Positions 54,176 to 64,000 of a stretch of DNA of 64,000 nt are shown one piece after another. Every line of letters begins with the position of its first letter. The first letter of the stretch is position 1. The translations under genes were made by a program, and so were the position numbers. Location: the NCBI GenBank assembly GCA_963823035.1, contig CAWGKG010000004.1, positions 224,001 through 288,000 of the forward strand. The letters run 5' to 3'. The notes below the pieces were generated by a model. That model searched no databases and was not told the DNA's origin. It saw nothing but the letters and a program-made list of their open reading frames with translations. This stretch comes from an uncultured Gemmatimonadales bacterium (GTDB lineage: Bacteria > Gemmatimonadota > Gemmatimonadetes > Longimicrobiales > Gaopeijiaceae).

Positions 54176-57100
54176 CGACCGCCGCCGCCCTTCGGCCGAT
54201 GGTAGCGGACGGGCGCCGCCGGCTCGGCCTTGAGCTGGACGCCTTCGGTCTGGACGAGGCGGAGCGCTTCCTTCACGGCGGCCTCGAGCTGTGGGTCCTT
54301 GCCGGCCGCCACGGACTTCGGATCGTTCATGACGTCGATGTCGGGGGCGATTCCCTTGCCCTCGACGTCCCACTCCCCGTCCACGTTGAAGAAGCCGCCG
54401 CGAGGCGCGACGAAGCGCCCGCCGTCGATGAGCGGCGGCGTGTCCGCGGTGTGGACCAGCCCACCCCAGGTGTTCTTCCCGACGAGCGGGCCGAGCTTCT
54501 TGAAGTGGAAGAGGTAGGGCATGAGGTCGCCGCCGGATCCGGCGCGCTCGTTGATGATCATCACCTTGGGTCCCCACAGCGCGGCCATCGGCTGGGTGAA
54601 CACCTTGTGGGACGGCGTGCGCGAATTGAAGTACCCGGTGAGCTCGCGGCTCAGCACCTCGATGATGTAGTCGGCCGCCGAGCCGCCGCCGTTGTTGCGC
54701 TCGTCGAGCACCGCGCCCTTCCTGTCCTGCTGGGCGAAGTACATGCGGTTGAAGTAGGTGTAGCCGCCCTGGCCGGTGTTGGGGAGATAGACGTAGGCGA
54801 GCTTCCCTCCGCTCAGCTCGTCGACCTTCTTGCGGTTGCCCTCGATCCACGCCCAGCTGCGCAGCTGGCCCTCGTTGGCGGTCGGCTCGACCATGAGCTC
54901 CCGCGACCCGTCCAGCCCCGGTCTCGCGTTGACGCGCACCGTGATCGTGCGGCCCGCGGTGCCCTCGAGGAGCATGAACGGGTTGGTGGGCGGTCGCACC
55001 TCGCGGCCGTCGATGGCGACCAGGTAGTCGCCCTCCTTCACGTCCATGCCCGGTTGGCCGAGCGGCCCGACCAGGCCGGGATTCCAGCTCTCGCCCGTGT
55101 AGATGTGCGTGATGCGGTACGCACCGTCCGCTTCCGCGAGGTCCACGCCCAGGAGGCCGGTGCGGGGGCTGGTCAGCTCCGGATAGTCGCCGCCGCGCAC
55201 GTACGAGTGCCCGACGGAGATCTCGCCCGACACCATGTCGAGAAGCTGGTTGAAATCGCTGCGGTGCTCGACGTCGGGGAGCCAGGCGGAGTACCACCTC
55301 CACACGTCGTCCCACGGGGCTCCGTGCGTGTTGTCCACGTACAGGTAGTCACGCATGAAGCGCCACCCATCGTGGAGCATCTGTGCCCACTCCGCCTTGG
55401 GCTCGATGCGGATGCGCAGATCGCCGAGTGAGAGGCGTCCGTCCGCGACCTTGGGCGTGCCCGCGGCGTCCACGATGCTCCAGCTCGACCCGATGCGCAG
55501 CAGCACCTTCTTGCGGTCGCGCGACACGGACGCGGAGCGGACGTCCTTCGCGAATTCCGTGGCCTCGCGGTCCTTCAGGCTGTAGCGGCGGAGGGTGACG
55601 CCCTGCTCGTTCGGCACCGCCTCGGCCACGAACACCTGGCCGTCGGGACCCTCGACGAGCCCCTGGTAGTCGCGCGCCGGCAGGCCGGGCGCCGCGACGA
55701 TCCGCGCTCCGATGCCGTCGAAGTCGATCGCCACCGTCGGCGCCGGGGGGGCGGCCGCCTCGCCCGCACCCGCCCCCTCCTTTCCGCCCGACGGCTTGGC
55801 CGCCGCCTCCTCGTCGCTCGTCGGGAGGAAGGGAGACGCTTCGCCGCCCGCGAGCACCGCGACGTAGAGGGACCGGGTGACCGGGCGGTCGTACGCCGAC
55901 ATGTCGAGCCACGCCGAGTTGAGCGCGAAGTCGGTCGACGCGAGCAGGAAGAGGTACTTCCCGGAGGCGTCCCACAGCGGGGTGATGGCGTCGGCCATCC
56001 CGTCCGTGAGCTGATGGACCTGGCCCTCGCGCGTGTCGTAGACCATGACCGCGCGGAGGAGGTTGTCGAGCCGCTTCGTGTAGGCGATCCAGCGCGAATC
56101 GGGCGACCACACGGCCTCGATGCTGCGCCGCGGGTCGGCGTAGTCCTCGCCGTCCACATCGACCACACGTCCGGAGGCCACGTCGAGGACGCGCACGCGG
56201 AAATCCGTGTCCGTGAAGGCGATCTTGCTGCCGTCCGGCGACCACCTCGGATCGTAGTAGAACGTGTTGCCCGGGATGGCGACGCGCCGCGCGTTGCGTC
56301 CCTCCTGGTCGGTGATCACCAGCCCGTATTCGCCGCCGTCGTCGTTGAACCAGGCGATCTGCTTCCCGTCGGGGGACCAGGCGGGGTAGCGGTCGGCCAC
56401 GCCGGACGACTCGGTCAGGTTGCGCCACGAGCCCGCGTCGGCCGGGACCGTGAAGATGTCCCCGCGGTACTCGAAGAGAGCGCGCTTCCCGGTGGGGGAG
56501 AGGTGCGGGTTGGTGAGCTGCGCGGCCGGAACCTCCTCCCAGCGCGTCCGGGCCCAGTTCTGGTCGCCGGCCGCCTGGACGACCAGCTGGCGGGTCGCGC
56601 CGGTGGACGGGTTCACCTCGTGGAGGTAGCCCGCCTGTTCGTAGACCACCACGCCGTGTCCGGCGTCGAGGCTCTTCACGTCGAAGTCCGCGTGGTGGGT
56701 GAGCTGCTTCTCCTCACCGGTGCGCGGGTCGTAGGACCAGACGTTGCTCGCCCAGTCGCGCTCGGACAGGTAGTAGACCACGCCGTCCATCCACGTCGGG
56801 TCCATCTGGCGCTCGCCCTCCCACGGGGCCGTCTTCAGCTCGAGGGTGGAGAGGTTCACCACCCTCACCGGCTGCGCCTGGCCGCCACGGTAGTTGCGCC
56901 ACTCGGGGTCCCAGTAGCCGATCTCCTGGTACGCGAGCATCGAGCCGTCGTCGCTCATCTCGCCGAGATGGGCCTGGTGCACGGGGAGCGCGGAGGGGAG
57001 CCCGCCGGTCCGCGGGATCGTGTAGAACTTCGACAGGCGGGTCGGCACGCCCTCGCGGCCCGACTCGAAGACGATCTTCCCGTCCGGCGTCCACCCCTGG

Positions 57101-57456
57101 ACGACGTCGGCGCCCGGGTGCCACGTCAGTCGCTCCGGCTGCCCGCCCGCGGCGGCCACCACGTACACGTCCTGGTTGCCGCCGTACTCCCCCGTGAACG
57201 CGATCCAGCGCCCGTCCGGGCTGAACGCCGGATCGGTCTCCGCGCCCTCGTCGGTCGTGAGCCTGCGGGCCTGTCCGCCGTCGCGCCCCACGACCCAGAT
57301 GTCGTTGGCGTGCACGAAGGCGATGGCGTCGGCGCTCACGGAGGGCTGGCGGAGGAAGCGGGTCCCCGGGGACTGCGCATCGGCCGGGGCCGGCGAGGTG
57401 GTCGCGAGAGCGAGCGCGAGGAGCGTGGCCGGGACGGCCTTGATCGGGCGGACCAT
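54172..57456 (-). CDS. Tricorn-type S41 protease (beta-propellers, PDZ, catalytic domain)
   Basis: FSPDG/WSPDG propeller repeats, HSYV, DERNNGGG, GSGGD and TWGGL. Confidence 0.93.
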   Translation of the reverse strand: MVRPIKAVPATLLALALATTSPAPADAQSPGTRFLRQPSVSADAIAFVHANDIWVVGRDGGQARRLTTDEGAETDPAFSPDGRWIAFTGEYGGNQDVYVVAAAGGQPERLTWHPGADVVQGWTPDGKIVFESGREGVPTRLSKFYTIPRTGGLPSALPVHQAHLGEMSDDGSMLAYQEIGYWDPEWRNYRGGQAQPVRVVNLSTLELKTAPWEGERQMDPTWMDGVVYYLSERDWASNVWSYDPRTGEEKQLTHHADFDVKSLDAGHGVVVYEQAGYLHEVNPSTGATRQLVVQAAGDQNWARTRWEEVPAAQLTNPHLSPTGKRALFEYRGDIFTVPADAGSWRNLTESSGVADRYPAWSPDGKQIAWFNDDGGEYGLVITDQEGRNARRVAIPGNTFYYDPRWSPDGSKIAFTDTDFRVRVLDVASGRVVDVDGEDYADPRRSIEAVWSPDSRWIAYTKRLDNLLRAVMVYDTREGQVHQLTDGMADAITPLWDASGKYLFLLASTDFALNSAWLDMSAYDRPVTRSLYVAVLAGGEASPFLPTSDEEAAAKPSGGKEGAGAGEAAAPPAPTVAIDFDGIGARIVAAPGLPARDYQGLVEGPDGQVFVAEAVPNEQGVTLRRYSLKDREATEFAKDVRSASVSRDRKKVLLRIGSSWSIVDAAGTPKVADGRLSLGDLRIRIEPKAEWAQMLHDGWRFMRDYLYVDNTHGAPWDDVWRWYSAWLPDVEHRSDFNQLLDMVSGEISVGHSYVRGGDYPELTSPRTGLLGVDLAEADGAYRITHIYTGESWNPGLVGPLGQPGMDVKEGDYLVAIDGREVRPPTNPFMLLEGTAGRTITVRVNARPGLDGSRELMVEPTANEGQLRSWAWIEGNRKKVDELSGGKLAYVYLPNTGQGGYTYFNRMYFAQQDRKGAVLDERNNGGGSAADYIIEVLSRELTGYFNSRTPSHKVFTQPMAALWGPKVMIINERAGSGGDLMPYLFHFKKLGPLVGKNTWGGLVHTADTPPLIDGGRFVAPRGGFFNVDGEWDVEGKGIAPDIDVMNDPKSVAAGKDPQLEAAVKEALRLVQTEGVQLKAEPAAPVRYHRPKGGGGR

Positions 57457-57557
57457 CTTGCGAGCCTCCGGAGGGAGCGGCTTGGCGGCGGGAAGAAGAG
57501 AGTAGGGGGGTGGCGACCACCTCGAAAGGGCCACGCATCGCGTGCGTATGCCGATGC

Positions 57558-58572
57558 ATGGGAACACCCCTCCTCACCGCCGCGTGCGTCCTCCTCGCGT
57601 CGTCGGCGCTCGCGGCGCAGACCCCCCGGATCGTGGATCCCGGGCTACCCGCGGAGTCGCGCGCGTTCGACTTCTGGCTCGGGACGTGGAGCGTGAACCT
57701 GCGCATCCACCAGCAGGATCTTTCCTGGAAGGACGCGGTGCGGGCCGAAGCGCGCGTCCACTCCGTGCTGCGCGGCAAGGCAGTCCTGGAGCTGTGGGGG
57801 AGCGACGGCATCAAGGGGATGAGCCTCCGCTACTTCGATCCGGCCCGTGAGCGGTGGGTGATGTGGCTGGACTGGCCGGGGAAGAACCGCTCCGGCGTCG
57901 TTCCGCTTCGAGGGAGGCTTCCGCCACGGCCGGGCCGAGTTCGAGACCCGACGGCTCGACAGAGAGGGCGTGGAGACCCGGACGCGCTACACCTTCAGCG
58001 ACATCACGGACCGGTCGCTGCGGTGGGACGACGCCTTCTCGCGTGACGGCGGCGACACGTGGAGCCACAACTGGATCATGGAGTTCACGCGCACCGCGCC
58101 CACGGCCGAGCTCCCGCCTGGCGGAGGGGACGCGCTCACGTACGTGGACGGCACCCGTTGCACCCTGCAGTCGTTCCACCGCTGGGACGCCTGGGCCGGG
58201 CGTCGCGCCGGCACGATGGGCGGTGAGCCGGCCACGCTCCGCGGCTACAGGATCCTCGACGGGTGCGCCGTGCTCCTCACGGTCTCGTACGACGGTCGTC
58301 CGGGGGAGGAGTGGCTCGGGCAACTCACCTTCAACACCTACGTGGCGCGCGCCGAGCTGCTCGCCCTGGGTGCCGCTCCCGCGGAGGAAGCGCGCGTCTA
58401 CCATACGGGCGACGCCCCGACGGACGATCTCTTCACCGAGCGCACGCAGGACGGCGCCCCGATGCGGCGCGTCCGGATGCAGCGGGCCGGTGGGGCGTTC
58501 ACCCTCGTCTGGGAGGAGCGTGCGGGCAGGGACGCGCCCTGGCGGGAAACGCGCAGGGGCTCCTTCCACTGA
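57558..58572 (+). CDS. Secreted beta-barrel protein, DUF1579-like; frameshifts
   Basis: Signal peptide, AFDFWLGTWSV, GMSLRYFDP...W...W and SRDGGDTW...WIMEFTR. Confidence 0.6.
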
Positions 58573-58676
58573 CGGGCCACCCGCCCGCGCAGGGTTTGCA
58601 GGTCTTGCGGGGCCGGCGACTGCCGGGGCCTATTGTGTCCCCTCGCTTCCAGCGCCGTCGCACCCCGGAGGGATCC

Positions 58677-60146
58677 ATGCGCCGCCTTTCGCCGATCGTC
58701 CTGACCCTCGCCGTACTCGCGCCCTCGGCCGCGACGCTCCGGGCCCAGACCACGGACACCGAGATGGCCGCCGCCGCCGACGTGCTCCGACAGATCGAGG
58801 ACCTCCAGGCGCGTCTGAAGCCGTCCGACATGGCCGCGAAGCTGGTGGGCAGGAAGGACGCGGGGCGCGACCGGGTCATGGCGCGCACGTCGGAGCTGTG
58901 GGACGGGGGGATGCAGGAGCTGGCGGACTGGATCGGCCACAACCCCGAGGTGGGGTGGGAGGAGGACCAGGCCGTCGACACGCTGGTGAAGGTGCTGCGG
59001 GGCGCGGGCTTCGAGGTGGAGACCGGCGTCGCCGACCTGGAGACGGCCTTCGTGGCGACGTGGACCTCGCCGGCGGGAGCGGGCGGCCTCACCCTCGGCC
59101 TCATCGGGGAGTACGACGCGCTGCGCGGCACCAAGGGCGCCTACCACGGCGATCAGCACAATGCGCAAACGCCGGTGGCCATCGCGGCGGCGCGCGCGCT
59201 GGCGGAGTACATGACGGCCGAGAACGTGCCGGGCACGATCAAGCTCTACGGCACGCCCGCGGAGGAGGTCGGCCCGCCCGCCAAGACGATCCTGTTCGAG
59301 GCGGGCGTCTTCCAGGGGGCGGACATCCTCGTCCGCAGCCACTCGAGCAACGGCACGGGCCGGGGGAAGGCGGGCTTCGGCATCTGCTGCCTGAACATCA
59401 ACGAGGTGAAGTACGTCTTCTCCGGCTACCCCTCGCACCAGCTCAGCTCGTGGTTCGGCCGCAACGCCCTGGAGGCCGCCGTGCACTTCTACACGGCCGT
59501 CGACCAGCTTCGCTCGACGCTCCGCCCCGAGGCGCGCATCCAGGGCGTGATTCCGGAGGGTGGCGTGGCGCCCAACGTGGTGCCCGACCGCGCGGTGGTG
59601 GACTACTACATCCGGTACCCGGACGAGGTCTACCTGGAGCACATGCAGGAGATGATCGACAACGCCGCGAAGGGCGCGGCGATGGCGACCGGCACCAAGG
59701 TCGAGATCGAGCACTACGGCGAATACCGCGACGGCATCTCGCTGGGCTCGTTGGAGGAGTTGGCCTTCGCGTACGCGAAGAAGCTGGGCGCGCCCAACCT
59801 CGAGCCCGAGCCGGGCCGCCCCGCCGGCTTCGAGGAGACGGGCTGGGTGAGCCGTGAGATCCCGGGCGTAGGCGTGAGCGTGGCAAGCTCGACCGGCGCC
59901 AACCACACCTACCAGATGCTCGAGGACGCGTTCACGGACCTCGGCCACACGGGCTTCCGGATGGACGCCCAGATCATGGCGGCCGTGCTCTACGACTTCC
60001 TCACGGACGCGAAGTTGCGCAACGCCGTGGAGACCGAGCAGTCCACGCTCGCGGGCCTCCTGGAGGAGTACCACACGCAGCTGCAGAAGACGTACGCGCA
60101 GGAGATGCAGGGCCCGCCGGTGGGCGCCGACAAGCCCGGTCGCTAG
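58677..60146 (+). CDS. Secreted M20-family amidohydrolase (AbgB-like)
   Basis: HNPEVGWEE, EYDAL, HGDQHN, GTPAEE, GRNALEA and GGVAPNVVP. Confidence 0.85.
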   Translation: MRRLSPIVLTLAVLAPSAATLRAQTTDTEMAAAADVLRQIEDLQARLKPSDMAAKLVGRKDAGRDRVMARTSELWDGGMQELADWIGHNPEVGWEEDQAVDTLVKVLRGAGFEVETGVADLETAFVATWTSPAGAGGLTLGLIGEYDALRGTKGAYHGDQHNAQTPVAIAAARALAEYMTAENVPGTIKLYGTPAEEVGPPAKTILFEAGVFQGADILVRSHSSNGTGRGKAGFGICCLNINEVKYVFSGYPSHQLSSWFGRNALEAAVHFYTAVDQLRSTLRPEARIQGVIPEGGVAPNVVPDRAVVDYYIRYPDEVYLEHMQEMIDNAAKGAAMATGTKVEIEHYGEYRDGISLGSLEELAFAYAKKLGAPNLEPEPGRPAGFEETGWVSREIPGVGVSVASSTGANHTYQMLEDAFTDLGHTGFRMDAQIMAAVLYDFLTDAKLRNAVETEQSTLAGLLEEYHTQLQKTYAQEMQGPPVGADKPGR

Positions 60147-60196
60147 AAGACAGAAACGGTAGTACCCGCGGGTGGCCGACGCGCCCCGGCGGGACC

Positions 60197-60799
60197 CTAC
60201 CTCTCCGTCATCTCGTCGATCATCCTCATCGCCCGCTGCGTGCGTTGGTCGTCCTGGACGTAGACGTCGAGGAAGCGCTGCAGGTAGATCCGGGCGTAGG
60301 TGTAGTCGCCTCCGGAGTAGCGCGTCACGCCAGCTTCGTAGAGTGCGACGTAGTGGTTCGGCCAGAACTCGAGCACCAACTCCATGAGGGGTCCGGCGGC
60401 CATCTCCTGCCCGCGCTCGACCATCGCCTGTGCCACGTTGAAGACGACGGACGCAGCCTCGAGGCGCGTGGCCTCGGGCAGGCCCAGGATCAGCGCGCGC
60501 GCCTTCGACCGGTCGGCCGCGATCGCGAAGCACGCGGCCTCGTAGCCGGTCGAGACCGTCCCCGCGGGCGGCCGACTCAGATCCACCGCCAGCTGCGCCC
60601 GCGCGGGGGTGCACTGCGCACGGATCGCGTCGAACCAGGCGGACGGGGTGGCAGGGGGCGCCTCGGGGGGAGCGGAGGGCAACGACGGGCGAACAGCGGC
60701 CGCCGGCACGGGCTCCTCGGAGCGGAGCATCCGGCGTGCGGGCGGTCCGACGATCATCACGAACGCCAAGACCGGGAGGATCTTCTGGAGCGTCTTCAT
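60197..60799 (-). CDS. Hypothetical TPR-like protein
   Basis: C-terminal helical pair WPNHYVALYEAG...GDYTYARIYLQRFL. Confidence 0.65.
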   Translation of the reverse strand: MKTLQKILPVLAFVMIVGPPARRMLRSEEPVPAAAVRPSLPSAPPEAPPATPSAWFDAIRAQCTPARAQLAVDLSRPPAGTVSTGYEAACFAIAADRSKARALILGLPEATRLEAASVVFNVAQAMVERGQEMAAGPLMELVLEFWPNHYVALYEAGVTRYSGGDYTYARIYLQRFLDVYVQDDQRTQRAMRMIDEMTER

Positions 60800-61024
60800 G
60801 CCCGTGCATGGGGCAAAGGACGTGCCACCCGCAGAACCCCAGAGTTCAAGCCATTGCGACCCGCGAGAGCGATACCTTTTTCCGGTCAGGGGAACGAAAC
60901 CCCCATTGCATCCTGCCCGGGTCCTGCCCCTCTATTGTGGCAGGGTCCCCTCGGGATCCTGCGGGACGGCAGGGCGGTATGCGGTTTGTCCGACGTCCTC
61001 CGAAGACCCTGCGGACGGAGAAAC

Positions 61025-62538
61025 ATCATAAGACTCGAGCACCCAGGGGGCCGCCGGTGGCGCCACCCCCTCGTCGCCGCCACCGTCACGGCGGCCCTCA
61101 TGGGAGCGCCCCGAGCGGCGGCAGCGCAGGACACCAGCGGCCAAGCAGCGCACGCAGGCGACGCTCGAGGAGCTGGCCGCCTACGCCACTCCCGCGGTCG
61201 TGCTGCTCGACGTGCGCACGCCGACCAGCTCGCGGCAGGGAAGCGGCTTCATCGTGGACGCGAGCGGCCGGATCCTGACGAACTACCACGTCGTGCGGGA
61301 CGCCCGGAACATCCGGGTGAAGCTCTCCTCCGGCGACATCTACGACGAGGTCGAGATCCTGGCCGAGGACGAGCGGCGCGACATCGCGGTGCTGCAGGTC
61401 CCCGGCTTCGACCTCCCGGCGCTGCCGCTGGGCAACTCCGATTCGGTGCGTATCGGCGCGGCCGTGGTGCTGATCGGAAGTCCGCTGGGATTGGAGAACA
61501 CGGTCTCCACCGGGATCATCAGCGGCCGGAGGCAGGAGGAGGAGGGCTACAAGCTCCTCCAGGTGAGCGCGCCCGCGTCCCCGGGCTCGAGCGGCGGAGC
61601 CGTCCTCACGGCCAACGGGGACGTGGTGGGCATCGCGGTGTCCCAGCTCGAGGCGGGGCAGAACCTGAACTTCGCCGTGCCGATCAACTACGCCCGCGGG
61701 CTCCTCGACCACCTCCCGAGCGCGCCCGTCCGCGTCCTGCAGCCCACCACGCGCGACGCCGAGGGCTCCGTCTCGGAGAAGACCGCCTCGCGCACGCAGA
61801 CGGTGAATCAGGGGCTCGGCTACGAGCTCGCGGGCTTTCAGGGCTACCGCATCGAGACGCGCACCACGATGGACCACAACCGGGAGCGGCGCACCCGGAT
61901 CACGTACCGCATCATCGAGACGGTCGGCGAGAGCCCGCCGCAGCTCGAGCGCTACCTCGAGAGCGAGACGACCACGCGCACGGAGCCCTTCGGAACGATC
62001 CAGACGCTCCGGCGCGAGCGCAGCCGCACGGTGGTCGGGCTCGCCCGCCTGCAACCGGTGTCGGCGCGCGGTGAGGTCGACGTCGTGGACGCCGGAGGGG
62101 TGGGCCACCTCCACCTACGACATGCGCTTCGACGGAGACCACGTCCTGGGGGTGGTCAGCGACACGAGCGCCGCCCGCTCGAAGGAGGTCGACATGGACG
62201 TTCCGGACGGCATCATCCTGCACGACGTGCGCGAGCTCGCTTTCGCGCTGCTGGACACCGACCATCTCGTCGGACGGAGCGTCGAGTTCACCACCTTCGA
62301 CCCGCGTACGGCCGAGGTTCTGCACGATCGCTACGACGTGCTCGACCAGGCGTCCGTGAAGGTCGGCGACCAGACGTACGACGCCCTGCAGGTGAACCTC
62401 GCGACGGGGCTCGACAACGAGACGCTGTTCTTCCGCGCGGCCCGTCCGCGGATCTTCCTCAGGAGGGTCCGCATGGACTCCGGAGAAGTGGAGGAAGTGA
62501 CCGCCGTTCAGTACTTCACCGAAAACGGGGGTTCCTGA
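61025..62538 (+). CDS. Secreted S1C trypsin-like serine protease with an uncharacterised C-terminal domain; start uncertain, frameshifts
   Basis: GSGF, ILTNYHVV (His), DIAVL (Asp), SPGSSGG (Ser) and NLNFAVP. Confidence 0.8.
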
Positions 62539-62656
62539 GAAGCCAGGCCTGGCGCGGGTTCTGAGCGTTGGGCACGGGTGTTGCTGAACTCTCGGGGGTG
62601 CACGACGCGCCGGTCGTTTCCGAGCGCACCGAAATCCCGAGACAGGAGAGACCCTC

Positions 62657-63095
62657 ATGCGGACATGGAAAGGGCTGACCGCCCTCATGGCCCTCACGCC
62701 CCTGGCCTTCACCTCGACACCCGCCTCCGCCCAGGAGGAGCAGCCGACCCCGGCCATGCAGCAGTGCACGGCGCGAGGTGCTGCCCAGCCAGCTGCACAG
62801 CGGACAGAAGGCCGAGCGGGTTTCGATCTCGCTTTCGAGCCCGGTCGGCAACGTGACCGAGTTCACCACCGAGGACGCCGAAGCCGGCGTGAAGGTGGCC
62901 GACCCGGCCGACCTGCCCAAGACCGAGATGGCGGCCGAGGAGACCGCGCAGAAGCCGATCGAGATGGCGGCGGAGAACAACCGCCTCACGATCTGGCTGA
63001 ACACCGAGAACGCGCAGCCCGGCACGTACCCGTTCACCCTGAAGGGCGACGGCGGTGCGTGCACCGGTAGCCTCGAGATCAGCGAGATGGACTGA
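62657..63095 (+). CDS. Secreted hypothetical protein; frameshift near 62770
   Basis: AGGAG RBS, signal peptide ending ASAQ, and two Cys flanking a beta-rich domain. Confidence 0.65.
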
Positions 63096-63150
63096 CGGCT
63101 GGACGGGCGTTCGCGCCAGGCGACGTCCCCACGTGGGTCGTCCGGCGCGC

Positions 63151-63185
63151 ACCCCTCTCCGACCGCTTCGGCGGCGGAGGGGGGT
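63151..63185 (+). terminator. GC-rich hairpin with a cUUCGg tetraloop (terminator-like)
   Basis: ACCCCTCTCCG(A)CCGC-TTCG-GCGGCGGAGGGGGGT; about 15 bp stem with one bulge and only a weak U-tract. Confidence 0.55.
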
Positions 63186-63227
63186 TCCGTCGTTCGGGGG
63201 GTGACGGTACGGCGCCGGCGAAGGGCC

Positions 63228-63265
63228 GATACATTTCCGTTACACGATCATCGCACGATCGCTAC
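63228..63265 (+). promoter_or_regulatory. Candidate Pho box (11-bp direct repeats)
   Basis: GATACATTTCC/GTTACACGATC/ATCGCACGATC units directly upstream of pstC. Confidence 0.45.
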
Positions 63266-63290
63266 CTCCGATCGCTCCATTCCTGGCGGT

Positions 63291-64000
63291 ATGGTAGACG
63301 AATCCCTGGCCGGGCCCGACGGCGCCGCAACGGGCGCACCCGAGTCGCCGCTGGAAGGCATCTACGGCGGCGGCGTGGGGGACCGCATCTACGCGGCGGT
63401 CATCGCGGCCTTCGCCTTCGCCGTGCCGGTGCTCCTGGTGGTCATCTTCGTGGTGGTCACCGTGGCCGCGTGGCCGGCGCTCCGCACCTTCGGCTTCGGC
63501 TTCCTCACCTCCAGCGACTGGGACCCCGTGGGGGAGCACTTCGGCGCGGCGCCGGCGCTCTACGGCACGCTCGTCTCGTCGGCGATCGCGCTGATCCTCG
63601 CGACCCCGCTGGCGCTGGGCGTCGCGATCTTCCTCTCGGAGCTGGCGCCGCACTGGCTGCGCCGCCCCGTCGCCTTCCTCGTCGACCTGCTCGCGGCCAT
63701 CCCGAGCGTGGTCTACGGGCTGTGGGGGATCTTCGTGATGATCCCCATCCTGCGCCGCTGGGTGATGCCCTTCCTGCGCGACACGCTGCACCTCGGCTCC
63801 ACGCCGCTGTTCAGCGGGCCGATGTACGGCCCGAGCATGCTCGCCGCCGGGATGATCCTGGCGATCATGATCCTGCCCTACATCTCGGCGGTGTCGCGCG
63901 AGGTGCTGATGGCCGTGCCGCGTTCGCAGCGCGAAGCGGCGCTGGCGCTGGGCGCGACGCGGTGGGAGATGCTCCGGCGCGCGGTGATCCCCTTCGCGAA
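63291..64000 (+). CDS. pstC: Phosphate ABC transporter permease PstC (partial, runs off the window)
   Basis: Manual translation from ATG 63291: W.P....FG..P..YGTL, LAAIPSVVYGLWG, LAIMILP and EAALALGATRWE. Confidence 0.92.
   Translation, partial: MVDESLAGPDGAATGAPESPLEGIYGGGVGDRIYAAVIAAFAFAVPVLLVVIFVVVTVAAWPALRTFGFGFLTSSDWDPVGEHFGAAPALYGTLVSSAIALILATPLALGVAIFLSELAPHWLRRPVAFLVDLLAAIPSVVYGLWGIFVMIPILRRWVMPFLRDTLHLGSTPLFSGPMYGPSMLAAGMILAIMILPYISAVSREVLMAVPRSQREAALALGATRWEMLRRAVIPFA

Noticed and set aside
1..64000. CRISPR arrays, tRNA/rRNA genes, IS elements, prophage or defence systems
   Set aside because: No regularly spaced repeats, RNA-gene signatures, or transposase, integrase or phage motifs were seen, and intergenic gaps are short.

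Overview
High-GC bacterial genomic window, densely coding. The lineage is probably Gemmatimonadota-like; this is inferred from gene content and signal-peptide style only. Many genes are broken by single-base frameshifts, even conserved ones such as pdxH, copA, ychF and recQ, which points to uncorrected long-read indels rather than real pseudogenes. No rRNA, tRNA, CRISPR or mobile element was seen. Contents: a csoR-copZ-copA copper locus; a DUF481 outer-membrane barrel next to an NTT/MFS-HEAT-cNMP transporter; many secreted peptidases (2x M14, M24B, S41 tricorn, M81, M20, S1C); amino-acid enzymes; and the start of pstC. The most striking element is a frameshift-free, tightly coupled minus-strand cluster at 24760-33502: paaX - dch - bcrC - bcrB - compact bcrA - bcrD - small CxxC protein - had - tnaA. 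It encodes an ATP-dependent class I benzoyl-CoA-type reductase under a PaaX-family repressor with a clear palindromic operator, and it runs into a tryptophanase. A second candidate system is an alpha-oxoamine synthase, an acetoacetate-decarboxylase-fold protein and a Cache/PAS hybrid kinase in one apparent operon (35086-39754). This may be a signal synthase and sensor module.
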